From: Nitriliruptorales bacterium
Lineage (GTDB): Bacteria; Actinomycetota; Nitriliruptoria; Euzebyales; JAHELV01
Length of the DNA stretch: 64,000 nt
Assembly: GCA_024644015.1 (NCBI GenBank)
Contig: JAHELV010000005.1
Span: 13,297 to 77,296, forward strand
Reading direction: 5' to 3'
Positions 28,404 to 38,485 of the stretch are shown piece after piece. Every line of letters starts with the position of its first letter. The first letter of the stretch is position 1. A program made the translations under genes and the position numbers. The notes under the pieces were generated by a model, which had not been told where the DNA came from, did not search any database, and saw only the letters and a list, made by a program, of their open reading frames with translations.

Positions 28404-29078
28404 CTACACCTCGCTGCCCAGGACGGCCGAGCGCAGCTCGCCCTCCAGCTCGGGTGTCGTCAGCGCGATCACCTGGTCTCCCGGCAGCAGCTCGGTGTCA
28501 CCACGGGGGATCACGATCTGATCCTCGCCGTCGACCATGCGGAAGATGCAGACGAGCACAGATTCGCGCGGCAGATCGAGGTCGACGACGTCCCGTGCCC
28601 TGTAGCTGCTGTCCGGTGGCAGGTCGATCTCAACAAGGTTCACCTTGCCCGCGCGCAGCGTGTACAGGTGGACGAGTTCGCCGACGGTCAGCTCTTCGCG
28701 GATCAGGCGTGAGATGAGGGTGGTCGTCGAGACCGCCTCGATGTTCATGCGATCGAAGATGTCTTCGTTGTGCGGCGCGTTGACGCGTGAGATCGCCCGC
28801 GGCACCGCGAAGGAGGCCAGTGCCAGCTGGCACGCGACGAAGTTGCTGTCGTCGTCGTGCGTCGTGGCGACGAAGACGTCGGCCCGTTCGAGCCGCGCCT
28901 GCTCGAGGTAGCGGACCTCGCACGCATCGCCATGGATGACCAGGAGGTCATGATCGCGCAGCAGCTCCTCGCACCGGTCCTCGATGCGCTCGATGATTGT
29001 CACCTCGTGGTGGTCGGCGAGCAGATCGACGGCGATCGACCGTCCGACCTTGCCTCCACCCGCGATCACGACGTACAT
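28404..29078 (-). CDS. trkA: Trk system NAD-binding protein TrkA (RCK domain), copy 2
   Basis: MYVVIAGGGKVGRSIAVDLL (Rossmann GxGxxG) begins at ATG 29078, with a C-terminal TrkA_C domain. The track ORF extends to 29222. Confidence 0.88.
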   Translation of the reverse strand: MYVVIAGGGKVGRSIAVDLLADHHEVTIIERIEDRCEELLRDHDLLVIHGDACEVRYLEQARLERADVFVATTHDDDSNFVACQLALASFAVPRAISRVNAPHNEDIFDRMNIEAVSTTTLISRLIREELTVGELVHLYTLRAGKVNLVEIDLPPDSSYRARDVVDLDLPRESVLVCIFRMVDGEDQIVIPRGDTELLPGDQVIALTTPELEGELRSAVLGSEV

Positions 29079-29082
29079 GTCG

Positions 29083-29754
29083 CTACACCCGCCTCGTCGT
29101 AGCGGGGCTGCTGAGCAGATCCCTGACCTTGCGGCCCGGACGGCCGCCACGGACGGCCGCCACCAGCAGGTCGTCGTGCAGCAGCCGGTCACGGCCGGCC
29201 GGAATGCGCGTGCGGCCGTCACGGACCATCGCCGCGACGCGCAGGTCGCCCCGGTTCTGCAGCTCGCTGACCGTGATGCCGCGGCCTTTCTCGGTGACCA
29301 CGAGCTCGACGATATCGATGTCGCCCTCCGCGAAGCCGACGTGCGGTGGGAAGGTGTGGATGTCGAGCTGCTTCATGATCGCCCGTGCCACCAGCCGCGT
29401 GCCAGACACATAGGTGACACCCATCTTGCGGTACGAGTCCTCGCGCTGCGGATTGAACAGCCGTGCGACCGTAACCCCGACAGCGAACAGCTCGCGTGCG
29501 ATCTGCACCGACATGAGGTTTGCGTTGTCCAGGTTCGTGACGGCAGCCAGCGCGTCGGCGTGGGTGATTCCCGCACGTTGCAGCGTCTGCTTGTCGATGA
29601 TGTTGCCGATCAGCGTTTCACCGTTGAACGCGCTGCCGATCCGATCGAACGACTCCGGGTTCGTGTCGATGATGACGACGTCGTGCTCCTCGCGCGACAG
29701 CTGATCGGCCAGCTGTGCGCCGACCCGGCCGCACCCGCCGATGATCACGTGCAC
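29083..29754 (-). CDS. trkA: Trk system NAD-binding protein TrkA (RCK domain), copy 1
   Basis: VHVIIGGCGRVGAQLADQL starts at GTG 29754, with AGGAGG 8 nt upstream. The track ORF extends to 29895. Confidence 0.88.
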   Translation of the reverse strand: MHVIIGGCGRVGAQLADQLSREEHDVVIIDTNPESFDRIGSAFNGETLIGNIIDKQTLQRAGITHADALAAVTNLDNANLMSVQIARELFAVGVTVARLFNPQREDSYRKMGVTYVSGTRLVARAIMKQLDIHTFPPHVGFAEGDIDIVELVVTEKGRGITVSELQNRGDLRVAAMVRDGRTRIPAGRDRLLHDDLLVAAVRGGRPGRKVRDLLSSPATTRRV

Positions 29755-29968
29755 GATGGATGCCTCCTGTCGCCCGCCGGCGGGCGCGATCCGTGGCCGC
29801 CTGGAGCTGTGACAAGCGACGCGGCAGGCGACCGGGCCTCCCAGGCGGCGCGGCCGATAGACGGCACCGTCCGGGCCGCCCGAGTATGCCACCATTGTGG
29901 CCCGGCAGGAGGCAGCGGGCCGCCGTGTCCCGTCCGCCCCCGCACGGACCTACAGATAGGGTGGCAGC

Positions 29969-30952
29969 GTGACTACGGGCAACAACACGGTCGACCAACC
30001 GCCGAGGACCATCCTGCTGGCCGCGCCGCGCGGGTTCTGCGCCGGCGTCGATCGCGCGATCAAGATCGTCGAGCTGGCGCTCGAGGCGAACGGTCCTCCC
30101 GTCTACGTGCGACATGCGATCGTCCACAACACCCACGTCGTGGCCGACCTCGAAGCGCGTGGCGCCGTCTTCGTCGAGGACGAGACCGAAGTCCCGCAGG
30201 GCGCGCTCGTCGTCTTCAGCGCGCACGGAGTGCCGCCGTCGGTCCGCGAGCGCAGCGAGCGACGCGGCCTACAGATGCTGGACGCGACCTGCCCACTGGT
30301 CACCAAGGTGCATTACGAGGCGAAGGAGTACGCGGCGCGCGGCTACGACATCGTCCTGATCGGCCACGCCGGTCATCAGGAGGTGATCGGCACCATCGGT
30401 CACGCCCCCGACGCGATCCACCTCATCGAGACGCCCGAAGAGGTCGCGACGCTCGACGTCCGCGATCCGGAACGCGTCGCCTACATCTCACAGACGACGT
30501 TGTCGGTCGACGACGCCAACCGCGTGATCTCGGCGCTGCGCGACCGCTTCCCCGCGGCGCGGGGACCGCGCGGCGACGACATCTGCTACGCGACCCAGAA
30601 CCGCCAGGACGCCGTGCGGGTGCTCGCGGAGCGAGCTGAGCTCATCCTCGTCGTCGGCTCGGACACCTCGTCCAATTCCAAGCGGATGGTCGAGGTGGCG
30701 CTCGAGCACGGTGCGCCGGCTGCGCACCTGATCGACACCGCCGGCGCCGTCGATCCGGCCTGGCTGGTCGACGTCGACACGGTGGGCCTCACCTCGGGCG
30801 CCAGCGCGCCGGAGCTGCTGGTGGACGAAGTCATTGCCGCGCTGATGACCCTGCCCCGCGGCGCGCGCGTCGAGACGTTGGAGGTCGTCGACGAGCAGAT
30901 GCACTTCGCACTGCCAGCCGCACTCCGGCGACTTCAGCTCGCAGGCAGCTAG
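29969..30952 (+). CDS. ispH: 4-hydroxy-3-methylbut-2-enyl diphosphate reductase
   Basis: [17 protein letters not shown] (Cys 1), [11 protein letters not shown] (Cys 2) and [11 protein letters not shown] (Cys 3). Start is GTG. Confidence 0.93.
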   Translation: MTTGNNTVDQPPRTILLAAPRGFCAGVDRAIKIVELALEANGPPVYVRHAIVHNTHVVADLEARGAVFVEDETEVPQGALVVFSAHGVPPSVRERSERRGLQMLDATCPLVTKVHYEAKEYAARGYDIVLIGHAGHQEVIGTIGHAPDAIHLIETPEEVATLDVRDPERVAYISQTTLSVDDANRVISALRDRFPAARGPRGDDICYATQNRQDAVRVLAERAELILVVGSDTSSNSKRMVEVALEHGAPAAHLIDTAGAVDPAWLVDVDTVGLTSGASAPELLVDEVIAALMTLPRGARVETLEVVDEQMHFALPAALRRLQLAGS

Positions 30953-31233
30953 AACAACCCGTCGAGCGCCCGTGCCTGCTCGATGTCGGACTGCGTCACG
31001 CCCCCCGCCGAGTGTGTGACGTAGGTGACGGTCACGGTGTCCCAGCTGATGGCAAGATCCGGGTGATGCCCTGCCTGCTCGGCCTGCTCGGCGACGCGAT
31101 TGACGAACGCGATCGATCCTGCGAAGTCGGCGAACGTGTACCGCTTGGTGATGCCGTCGGTGCTGGTGCCCTCCCAGCCGTCCAGACGATCGATCTCGTG
31201 GTGAAGCGCATCGGGGTTGAGGACATCGGTCAT
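30949..31233 (-). CDS. 4a-hydroxytetrahydrobiopterin (pterin-4a-carbinolamine) dehydratase
   Basis: 94 aa from ATG 31233. LDGWEG....[33 protein letters not shown] contains the GHHPD signature. The longer track ORF (to 31617) overlaps the rnd gene and is rejected. Confidence 0.85.
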   Translation of the reverse strand: MTDVLNPDALHHEIDRLDGWEGTSTDGITKRYTFADFAGSIAFVNRVAEQAEQAGHHPDLAISWDTVTVTYVTHSAGGVTQSDIEQARALDGLF

Positions 31234-31252
31234 GAGACGATCCTTCGCTGCG

Positions 31253-32398
31253 TCAGCGTGCTGCGTCCGGTTCGGTGTTCGGTGTTCCCTCCGCAGCCGT
31301 CTCGAACGCGTCGGCGAACTCGTCGGCGAGCAGTGCCCACTGCCACGGCCGCAGGTCCAAGGTGACACGCAGTTCGGCGGCCGTGGTCGGCTGGCTGGCG
31401 ACGGCACGCTCCAACGTCCGGTTCGGGCACAGCACGCCTGGATCGATCGCAAGCTCGTCAGCGAGACGTGACCTGCGGGCACGCAGATCGTCGACCAGTG
31501 CGCGGTCGCGTTCATCGAAGCGTCGACCGCTTGGTCGCACCGGCGTCGCCGTGTCGCCGTCGCGCAGAGCCTCGAGCAGCTGCGGTCCGAACCTGCTCGC
31601 CGACTGACGTCGCACACCGGCCTTGCGCAGCGCGCTCACGTCGCTGACCGGTGTCGCCGCCAACTCCAGCAGCGCACGGTCGTGAGCGATGCGGTTGGGC
31701 GCGGTGTCGGTGTCGCGCGCGAGTGCCTCCCGTGCATGCCACAGGGCCCGCGCACGCGTCTGCGCGCGGCGGTTCAGTCTTCCGACACCACGCAGCCGGG
31801 TCCAGGCGCGCCGCTCCTCGAGCGGTGGCTGCGAGCGCACGGCGTCACGCTCCTGTACGTACCACGACCACCGTCCGGCCTGGGCGAGGCGGTCGCGCAT
31901 GGCGTGCCAAAGGCGCGGCAGGTCGGCGACATCGGACGCGGCGTACTCCAGCATCGCCTCGGTCATCGGCCGCTTCGACCAGTCCGCGCGCTGCATGCGT
32001 TGCTTGTTGCCATTCAACCGGACGTCGATCACCTGGTCGAGCAGCACCTCGAGCCCGGTCGGCAGACCGAGGATCGCGGCGGCGACGGCCGTGTCCTCGA
32101 TGTTGTTGACGGCGATCCCGACGCTGGCCAGCGGCGCGATGTCATTGTCCATGGCGTGCAACACGACGGTACGTGGGGCTAGGAACTCGTGGACGATCGA
32201 CAGGTCCATCGCCGCCAGCGGATCGGCGAGGACCACCACGCCGTCGTACCCCAGTTGAATCAGCGCCGGCCTGCGCCAGTACCGCTCCGAGTCGGCGCGC
32301 TCGACGTCGACGCCGACGATCGGTGCAGGTCCCAACAGCGCGAGCGATGACACCAGCTCGTCCGACGTGGTTGCGAGCACGCGCTGTCGTACTGGCAT
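31253..32398 (-). CDS. rnd: ribonuclease D-like 3'-5' exonuclease with HRDC domain
   Basis: DEDD motifs are VGVDVERAD, LHAMDNDI and EYAASDVADL. The HRDC-like region is RLRGVGRLNRRAQTRARALWHAREALARDTD. Confidence 0.8.
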   Translation of the reverse strand: MPVRQRVLATTSDELVSSLALLGPAPIVGVDVERADSERYWRRPALIQLGYDGVVVLADPLAAMDLSIVHEFLAPRTVVLHAMDNDIAPLASVGIAVNNIEDTAVAAAILGLPTGLEVLLDQVIDVRLNGNKQRMQRADWSKRPMTEAMLEYAASDVADLPRLWHAMRDRLAQAGRWSWYVQERDAVRSQPPLEERRAWTRLRGVGRLNRRAQTRARALWHAREALARDTDTAPNRIAHDRALLELAATPVSDVSALRKAGVRRQSASRFGPQLLEALRDGDTATPVRPSGRRFDERDRALVDDLRARRSRLADELAIDPGVLCPNRTLERAVASQPTTAAELRVTLDLRPWQWALLADEFADAFETAAEGTPNTEPDAAR

Positions 32399-32482
32399 GG
32401 CTGGTCGTCGCCTTCCGTCGCGTCGCCCGATGAGCATAGCGCCCTGTCGACAGCCGGCCCGCTGGCCCGGCCGACGCAGCGG

Positions 32483-33142
32483 TCAGGCGTCGCCGAACGT
32501 GCCGAACAGCCGATCTCCGAAGTCGCCGAGGCCCGGCACGATGTAGCCGACGTCGTTGAGGCGCTCGTCCACACCGGCCGTCACGATACGCACGTCGGGA
32601 TGGTCGGCGGTCAGGCGCGCGATGCCCTCCGGCGCGGCTACCACACACACGAGCGTCAGATCGGTCGACCCACGCTCGCGCAGCAGGCTCGCTGCGAAGC
32701 TCGCGGACCCGCCCGTCGCGAGCATGGGGTCGAGCAGCAGCACCGGACGGTCGTCGAGGGGCGGCACCTTGAGGTAGTACGACACCGGCTGCAGCGTGTC
32801 CTCGTCCCGCTCCAGACCCACGTAGCCCACCTGCACGTCGGGGAGCAGTCCGGTGACCGCTGTCAGCAGGCCGAGGCCCGCCCGGAGGATCGGCACGGCG
32901 ATGACGTTGCCGTTCAGCAGCCGTACGTCCGCGGGCGCCAGTGGCGTTGTCACGCTCGCCGAGCGCGTGGGCAGATGGCGGGTGGCCTCGAGCACCAACA
33001 CCATCGCCAGTCGCTCGGTCAGGGAGCGGAAGCGCTCGGGTTCGGTGTCGGTGGCACGCAGACCGGCCAGCAGATGCCCCGCGAGGGGATGGTCCACGAC
33101 GGTGAGCCGCTCGGCGGCTGAGGCGGAGTCAACGGTCTGCAT
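32483..33142 (-). CDS. upp: uracil phosphoribosyltransferase
   Basis: PRPP loop LLLDPMLATGGSA and C-terminal YIVPGLGDFGDRLFGT. Confidence 0.92.
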   Translation of the reverse strand: MQTVDSASAAERLTVVDHPLAGHLLAGLRATDTEPERFRSLTERLAMVLVLEATRHLPTRSASVTTPLAPADVRLLNGNVIAVPILRAGLGLLTAVTGLLPDVQVGYVGLERDEDTLQPVSYYLKVPPLDDRPVLLLDPMLATGGSASFAASLLRERGSTDLTLVCVVAAPEGIARLTADHPDVRIVTAGVDERLNDVGYIVPGLGDFGDRLFGTFGDA

Positions 33143-33151
33143 CGGATGAGC

Positions 33152-34699
33152 TCAGCGTTCCCGGCCGGCCAGCTGGCGTCGCAGGATCTTGCCCGAGGCG
33201 GACTTGGGGATCTCGTCGACGAACTCGACCGCGCGGAGCCGCTTGTAGGGGGCGACCCGTTCGGCCACGAAGCTGAGCACCGCGTCGGGTTCCAGGCCCT
33301 GCGCGACGACGAACGCGACGGGGATCTCGCCGGCCTCCTCGTCGGGACGGCCGATGACCGCCGCGTCGGTGATGCGTTCGTGCTGCAGCAGCAGTGCCTC
33401 CAGCTCGGCCGGCGCGACCTGGTAGCCCTTGTACTTGATCAACTCCTTGACGCGGTCGACGACCGTGAAGTACCCCTCGTCGTCGACGATCGCGACGTCA
33501 CCGGTGTGCAGCCACCCGTCCCCGTCGATCATGGCGTCGGTCGCGGCCTGGTTGTTCAGGTAGCCCTTCATCACCTGCGGGCCGCGTACGCACAGCTCAC
33601 CGCGCTCGCCCGGGCCGGCCTCCCGTCCACTGGCGATGTCGACGATCTTGGCCTCGGTGTTCGGCAGCAGCACCCCGATTGTGCCGGGCTTGTTGCGCTC
33701 GATCGGGCTGACGTGCGTGACCGGGCTGGTCTCGGTCATGCCGTAGCCCTGCATGACCGCGCAGCCCAGACGCTGGCTCGCCGCCTGGCTCAGCTCACCG
33801 GACAGGGGGGCGGCGCCGGACATGACGAAGCGCAGGGACGTCAGGTCGAACTGATCGACCGCCGGGTGCTTGGCCAACGCGAGGACGATGGGAGGCACCG
33901 CGTAGCACTGGGTCACGCCGTGTTCCTCGTGCAGCCGGAGGAACTGCTCGAGGTCGAACCGCGGCATCGTGACCACGGTCGCGCCGTTGCACAACGCCAG
34001 GTTCATGATCACCGTCATGCCGTAGATGTGGAAGAAAGGCAGGACGCCGATCGCGACGTCCTGCTCGCTGGTCTCGAGAAGCGTCTCCGCCTGGACCACG
34101 TTGGCCACGAGGTTGCGATGCGTCAGCATCACGCCCTTGGGCAGCCCGGTGGTCCCGCTCGAGAACGGCAGCGCGACCAGGTGCTCGGACGGGTCGATCT
34201 CCACGTCCGGCGCTGCCGACGGGTCACCCATCAGCTCCGCGACCGAGGCCACACCGTCCGTCTCGCCGAACACGTACACCTGCTCGACACCGGCGTCTTG
34301 CGCCGCGGTCGTGGCGATGTCCGCGAACGGCGGCGCGGTCAGCAGGAGCCGTGCGCCCGCGTCCGTCAGCTGGCGGCTCAGCTCCTCGGCCGTCGACAGC
34401 GGGTTGACCGTCGTGACGGTGCCGCCGGCGCGCGCGATCCCGTGGAAGGCGACGGCGTACTCGGGCAGGTTCGGGCTGAAGATCGCGACCACGTCGCCGG
34501 GTTGCAGCCCGCGGCCGGCGAGGCCCGCCGCGAACGCCCGCACCTGCTGGGCCAGCTGGCCGTAGGTGATCGTTCGTCCCGTCGATCCGTCGACCAGGGC
34601 CGGCTTGTCGGCCCGCGACTCAGCGTGCTCCAGAACGAACTCGTGGAGCGGCAGGTCGGGGATCTGCACGTCGGACACCGGGCTGTGCAGCACCATCAT
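33152..34699 (-). CDS. AMP-dependent acyl-CoA / 4-coumarate-CoA ligase family enzyme
   Basis: AMP-binding motif LPFSSGTTGLPKGV, then GYGMTE, TGD..IVDDEGYF.VVDRVKELIKYKGYQVAPAELE, and C-terminal PKSASGKILRR. GAGGAG lies upstream of ATG 34699. Confidence 0.88.
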   Translation of the reverse strand: MMVLHSPVSDVQIPDLPLHEFVLEHAESRADKPALVDGSTGRTITYGQLAQQVRAFAAGLAGRGLQPGDVVAIFSPNLPEYAVAFHGIARAGGTVTTVNPLSTAEELSRQLTDAGARLLLTAPPFADIATTAAQDAGVEQVYVFGETDGVASVAELMGDPSAAPDVEIDPSEHLVALPFSSGTTGLPKGVMLTHRNLVANVVQAETLLETSEQDVAIGVLPFFHIYGMTVIMNLALCNGATVVTMPRFDLEQFLRLHEEHGVTQCYAVPPIVLALAKHPAVDQFDLTSLRFVMSGAAPLSGELSQAASQRLGCAVMQGYGMTETSPVTHVSPIERNKPGTIGVLLPNTEAKIVDIASGREAGPGERGELCVRGPQVMKGYLNNQAATDAMIDGDGWLHTGDVAIVDDEGYFTVVDRVKELIKYKGYQVAPAELEALLLQHERITDAAVIGRPDEEAGEIPVAFVVAQGLEPDAVLSFVAERVAPYKRLRAVEFVDEIPKSASGKILRRQLAGRER

Positions 34700-34757
34700 C
34701 GGCTCCTCGTTGTCGTCATGGACGCCGCCGGCCCTGATCTGCCCGCAGAGCCCACGG

Positions 34758-35669
34758 TCACTCCTTGCGGTACGGCCGACCGCTCGCGGCCGGCGGAACG
34801 GCACGGCCACCGAACCCGACGAGGGCCACGATGACCAGCACGTAGGGGAACATCTCGATGAACTCCCTCGGGATGGTGAACCCGATGCCGCCGCGGAAGA
34901 CGATCGCTTGCGCGAAACCGAACAGCAGGGCGGCGCCGAACGCGCCGACGGGGTTCCAGCGGCCGAAGATCAGCGCAGCGAGGGCGATGAACCCGCGCCC
35001 ACCGGTCATGCCCTCCGTGAACGCCGACAGCAGGCTCATCGACAGGAACGCGCCACCGAGACCGGCGAGCATGCCCGACAGGCCGACGCCGATGTAGCGC
35101 AGCCGGAAGACACTGATGCCGGCGGTGTCGACTGCCTCGGGCACCTCGCCGACGGCACGCAGACGCAGCCCGAAGCGGCTGCGGAACAGCACGTACCAGC
35201 TCAACGGAACCAGCGCGTAGAGCAGGTACACCAGCCCTGACTGGTCGAACGCGACGCCGATCACGGGGATGTCTGACAGCACCGGGATCGGCAGGCGCCC
35301 GAACGGTTCGATCCTCGGCGACGTCCCACCGGAGCCGAAGAAGATCACCATGAGCAGCCCGGTGCCGCCCAGCGCCAGCAGGTTGATCGCGATGCCCGAG
35401 ATGATCTGGTCGGCCTCGAAGGTGATGCTCGCCACGGCATGCACCAGCCCGAACAACAGGCCGACCAGCAGTGCTACCAGCAGGCCGACGATCGTGCTAC
35501 CCGAGAAATGGGCGCCGGCGACGCCGGCGAACGCGGATATCAGCATCATGCCTTCGAGGCCGATGTTGATGACACCCGACCGCTCGCTGAACAGACCGCC
35601 CAGCGCTGCGAACGCCAAGGGTGTCGCGTTGCGGATCGTCGACGCCAGTAACGCGGTGAGCTCGTCCAT
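34758..35669 (-). CDS. ABC transporter permease (BMP/nucleoside-type importer)
   Basis: 303 aa and polytopic. It belongs to the BPD_transp_2-like family seen with BMP lipoprotein importers. It is the last gene of a four-gene minus-strand operon. Confidence 0.85.
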   Translation of the reverse strand: MDELTALLASTIRNATPLAFAALGGLFSERSGVINIGLEGMMLISAFAGVAGAHFSGSTIVGLLVALLVGLLFGLVHAVASITFEADQIISGIAINLLALGGTGLLMVIFFGSGGTSPRIEPFGRLPIPVLSDIPVIGVAFDQSGLVYLLYALVPLSWYVLFRSRFGLRLRAVGEVPEAVDTAGISVFRLRYIGVGLSGMLAGLGGAFLSMSLLSAFTEGMTGGRGFIALAALIFGRWNPVGAFGAALLFGFAQAIVFRGGIGFTIPREFIEMFPYVLVIVALVGFGGRAVPPAASGRPYRKE

Positions 35670-35671
35670 GG

Positions 35672-36820
35672 CTAGCCCGCCAGTCCCTTCTCGAGCCGCG
35701 TGCCGACCGCCAACGACCGAGCGCGGCGGCCGAGCAGGAACTCGACGAGCTTCGTCGCGGTCACGAACAACAGCACGATCGCCAGCAGCACGTCCGCGAG
35801 GTCCAGGGGCACGCCGGTCGAGAACTGCATCTCCTGTGCGCCCGCCGCGAGCCCCCCGAAGAAGATGGCGCCGAGCACGACGCCCGCGGGATGGTTGCGA
35901 CCCAGCAGCGCGACACCGATGCCGTTGAACCCGAGGTTCGAGATGAACGGCACGCTGACCTTGCCGAAGGTGCCGAGCGACTCGAGGCCCCCGCCGAAGC
36001 CCGCGAACATGCCGCCGAGCGCGATCGCCAGGAAGCCGTTCGCGGCGACCGACATGCCCGCGTACCGGGCGGCACCCGGAGACAGGCCGACGGTACGGAT
36101 CTCATAGCCCTTGGTCGTGCGCCAGATCAGGATGTACGCGATGACCGCCGCGAGCAGGCCGAGTGCGAAACCCCAGTGCGCGCCACCGAGCCCACCGCCG
36201 AGGCGCGCGATGCGCACGTTGTCGGGGACGAAGTCGGTGCCGGGCACCGCACCCGTCCCGGCGAGGGGGTTCTTGGCGAGCCAGAACGCCAGGTTGATCC
36301 CGATGAAGTTCAGCATGATCGTCGTGATGACCTCGTGGGCGCCCCGGATCTTGAGCAGCCCGGGAATCGCGCCCCACGCGAAACCGGCCAGGCCTGCCAC
36401 GACGATGCCGACGACGGTGACCAGGGCGCCCGGGCCCGGCATCGTGAGCCCGACCCAGACACCGGCGATGGCGCCGACGAACAGCTGGCCCTCGCCGCCG
36501 ATGTTGAACAGGCCGCCGCGGAACGGGATCGCCACCGCCAGTCCTGTGAAGATCAACGGTGTGGCATTGGCGATGGTCCGTCCGAACGCGGCGCGGGAGC
36601 CGAACCCGCCCCGCAACAGCGCGGCGTAGGCCTCGAAGACGTTGTTGCCGGTCGCCAGGATGACCACGGCGCCGACCAGCAGCGCGATCGTGAGGGCGAC
36701 GGCGGGAAAGATCAGGGCCTGGCCGGCGCTCGCTGCCTGCTGGCGCAGGATGCGGCCGATGTCGGCGTCCGCACCCCCCTCGACGGGGTCCGGGTCGTAT
36801 GATGACCGGTCGTCACTCAA
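35672..36820 (-). CDS. ABC transporter permease (BMP/nucleoside-type importer)
   Basis: Polytopic. The track ORF runs to 36994 but overlaps the ATPase gene. The first plausible start after the ATPase stop is TTG 36820, and this start is uncertain. Confidence 0.8.
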   Translation of the reverse strand: MSDDRSSYDPDPVEGGADADIGRILRQQAASAGQALIFPAVALTIALLVGAVVILATGNNVFEAYAALLRGGFGSRAAFGRTIANATPLIFTGLAVAIPFRGGLFNIGGEGQLFVGAIAGVWVGLTMPGPGALVTVVGIVVAGLAGFAWGAIPGLLKIRGAHEVITTIMLNFIGINLAFWLAKNPLAGTGAVPGTDFVPDNVRIARLGGGLGGAHWGFALGLLAAVIAYILIWRTTKGYEIRTVGLSPGAARYAGMSVAANGFLAIALGGMFAGFGGGLESLGTFGKVSVPFISNLGFNGIGVALLGRNHPAGVVLGAIFFGGLAAGAQEMQFSTGVPLDLADVLLAIVLLFVTATKLVEFLLGRRARSLAVGTRLEKGLAG

Positions 36821-36827
36821 GCGGTGC

Positions 36828-38462
36828 TCAACTCCCCAATCCGGTGCCTTCGTCGCCGGCCGTGCCCTCCTCCAACGCGCGCCGCCGCCCGGCGTCGCGC
36901 GCGGCCTCCTCGTCGCCACCACGGCCGGCCATCCACAATCCGAGCTGCTCGTCGGTGGCGTCGGCGGCGTCGACCTCGCCAACGATCCGGCCATCGAACA
37001 TCACGACGATGCGGTCGGCGAGCTGGTGGATCTCGTCGAGCTCGAGCGAGATGAGCAGGATCGCCGCGCCGCGCTCCCGTTCTTTGAGCAGTTGCGAGTG
37101 GATGAACTCGATCGCACCGACATCGACGCCGCGGGTCGGCTGGTTCGCAATCAGCACCTTCGGCTCGCCGGCCAGCTCCCGCGCGACGATGAGCTTCTGC
37201 TGATTGCCTCCAGACAGCGATTCTGCGTCGGTCTCGGGATTCGGCGGTCGCACGTCGAACGCCTTGATGCGCCGCCGCGCGAACCGCCGGATGGCGTCAC
37301 GCAGCAGCCATCCGCGCCGCGAGAAATCTGGTCTCCTGTAGGTCTTGAGGACGAAGTTCTCGGCGAGGGTGAAGGCGGAAACCAGGCCTTTGCCGCCGCG
37401 GTCCTCGGGAATGTAGGCCAGGCCCCGCTCGCGCCTCTCGGCCGAGTCGAGCGGCGTCACGTCGTCTCCGTCGAGCTCGACCCGGCCGGACCTCGCGGGC
37501 CGGACGCCCGCGAGCGCCTCGGCGAGCTCGACCTGGCCGTTGCCGTCCACGCCCGCGACGCCAAGGATCTCGCCGCCGCGGACCTCGATGCTGACACCGT
37601 GCACCGCGTCCGCGTCGACGCCGGCGACGACCAGATCGGACGCCGACAAGCGGACATCGCGCGCCTCGACGGCTTCCTTGTCGAGCTGCAACACGACGTC
37701 GCGGCCCACCATCAGTCGCGCCAGCTCGGACTCGTCGGTCTCGCTGGTCACCACCGTGTCGATGACCTTGCCATCGCGGATGACGGTGATGCGGTCGCTG
37801 ACCCCCAGCAGCTCACCCAGCTTGTGCGTGATCAGGATGACCGACAGCCCCTCGTCCACGAAGCTGCGCAGCACCGTGAACAGCTCGACGGTCTCCTGCG
37901 GCGTCAGCACCGCGGTCGGCTCGTCGAGGACCAGGATGCGCGCGTCCCGGTACAGCGTCTTGAGCACCTCGACGCGCTGCTGCACGCCGACGGACAGGTG
38001 GCCGACGTTGGCGCGCGGATTGACCTGCAGTCCGTAGCGGTTGCTCAGCTCACGGACGGAACGTTCGGCCGCGGCGAGGTCAAGTACCGGCCCATTGTGC
38101 GGCTCCGCACCCAGCACCACGTTCTCGGCCACGCTCAGGGTCGGTACCAGCATGAAGTGCTGGTGCACCATCCCGATGCCTTTTGCGACGGCATCGTTGG
38201 GGTTGTGGATCCCGGCCGGCTGACCGTCGATGTAGATGTCGCCCTCGTCGGCCCGGTACAGGCCGTAGAGGATCTTCATCAACGTGCTCTTGCCGGCACC
38301 GTTCTCGCCCAGCAGACCGTGGATCTCACCGTCGCGCAGGTCGAGGTCGATGTGGTCGTTGGCCACCACGGGGCCGAACGTCTTGGTGACGCCGCGCATC
38401 TCCAGGACCGGTGGGGTCCCGCCGCTTGCGGCGGAACCCCCCGTGGTGGCCGTGTCGGTCAC
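36828..38462 (-). CDS. ABC transporter ATP-binding protein with duplicated ATPase domains
   Basis: First domain: Walker [10 protein letters not shown], signature [10 protein letters not shown], Walker B LVLDEPT. The second domain has LSGGNQQK and a degenerate Walker A, as in sugar/nucleoside importers. Confidence 0.9.
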   Translation of the reverse strand: MTDTATTGGSAASGGTPPVLEMRGVTKTFGPVVANDHIDLDLRDGEIHGLLGENGAGKSTLMKILYGLYRADEGDIYIDGQPAGIHNPNDAVAKGIGMVHQHFMLVPTLSVAENVVLGAEPHNGPVLDLAAAERSVRELSNRYGLQVNPRANVGHLSVGVQQRVEVLKTLYRDARILVLDEPTAVLTPQETVELFTVLRSFVDEGLSVILITHKLGELLGVSDRITVIRDGKVIDTVVTSETDESELARLMVGRDVVLQLDKEAVEARDVRLSASDLVVAGVDADAVHGVSIEVRGGEILGVAGVDGNGQVELAEALAGVRPARSGRVELDGDDVTPLDSAERRERGLAYIPEDRGGKGLVSAFTLAENFVLKTYRRPDFSRRGWLLRDAIRRFARRRIKAFDVRPPNPETDAESLSGGNQQKLIVARELAGEPKVLIANQPTRGVDVGAIEFIHSQLLKERERGAAILLISLELDEIHQLADRIVVMFDGRIVGEVDAADATDEQLGLWMAGRGGDEEAARDAGRRRALEEGTAGDEGTGLGS

Positions 38463-38485
38463 TGGTCAGCAGACCGGCCCGCGGC

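Noticed and set aside
29755-29968. Possible c-di-AMP (ydaO-type) or other riboswitch in the trkA leader
   Set aside because: I read the 214-nt divergent spacer on both strands and could not find the conserved ydaO core blocks or a convincing pseudo-two-fold architecture. An Rfam cmscan would settle it.
28984-30639. 551-aa plus-strand ORF overlapping both trkA genes (antisense) and ispH (wrong frame)
   Set aside because: It is a shadow ORF. The real genes have clear Rossmann and IspH motifs in other frames.
33146-34834. 562-aa plus-strand ORF antisense to the acyl-CoA ligase gene
   Set aside because: It is a shadow ORF with no domain signal. The ligase motifs on the minus strand are unambiguous.
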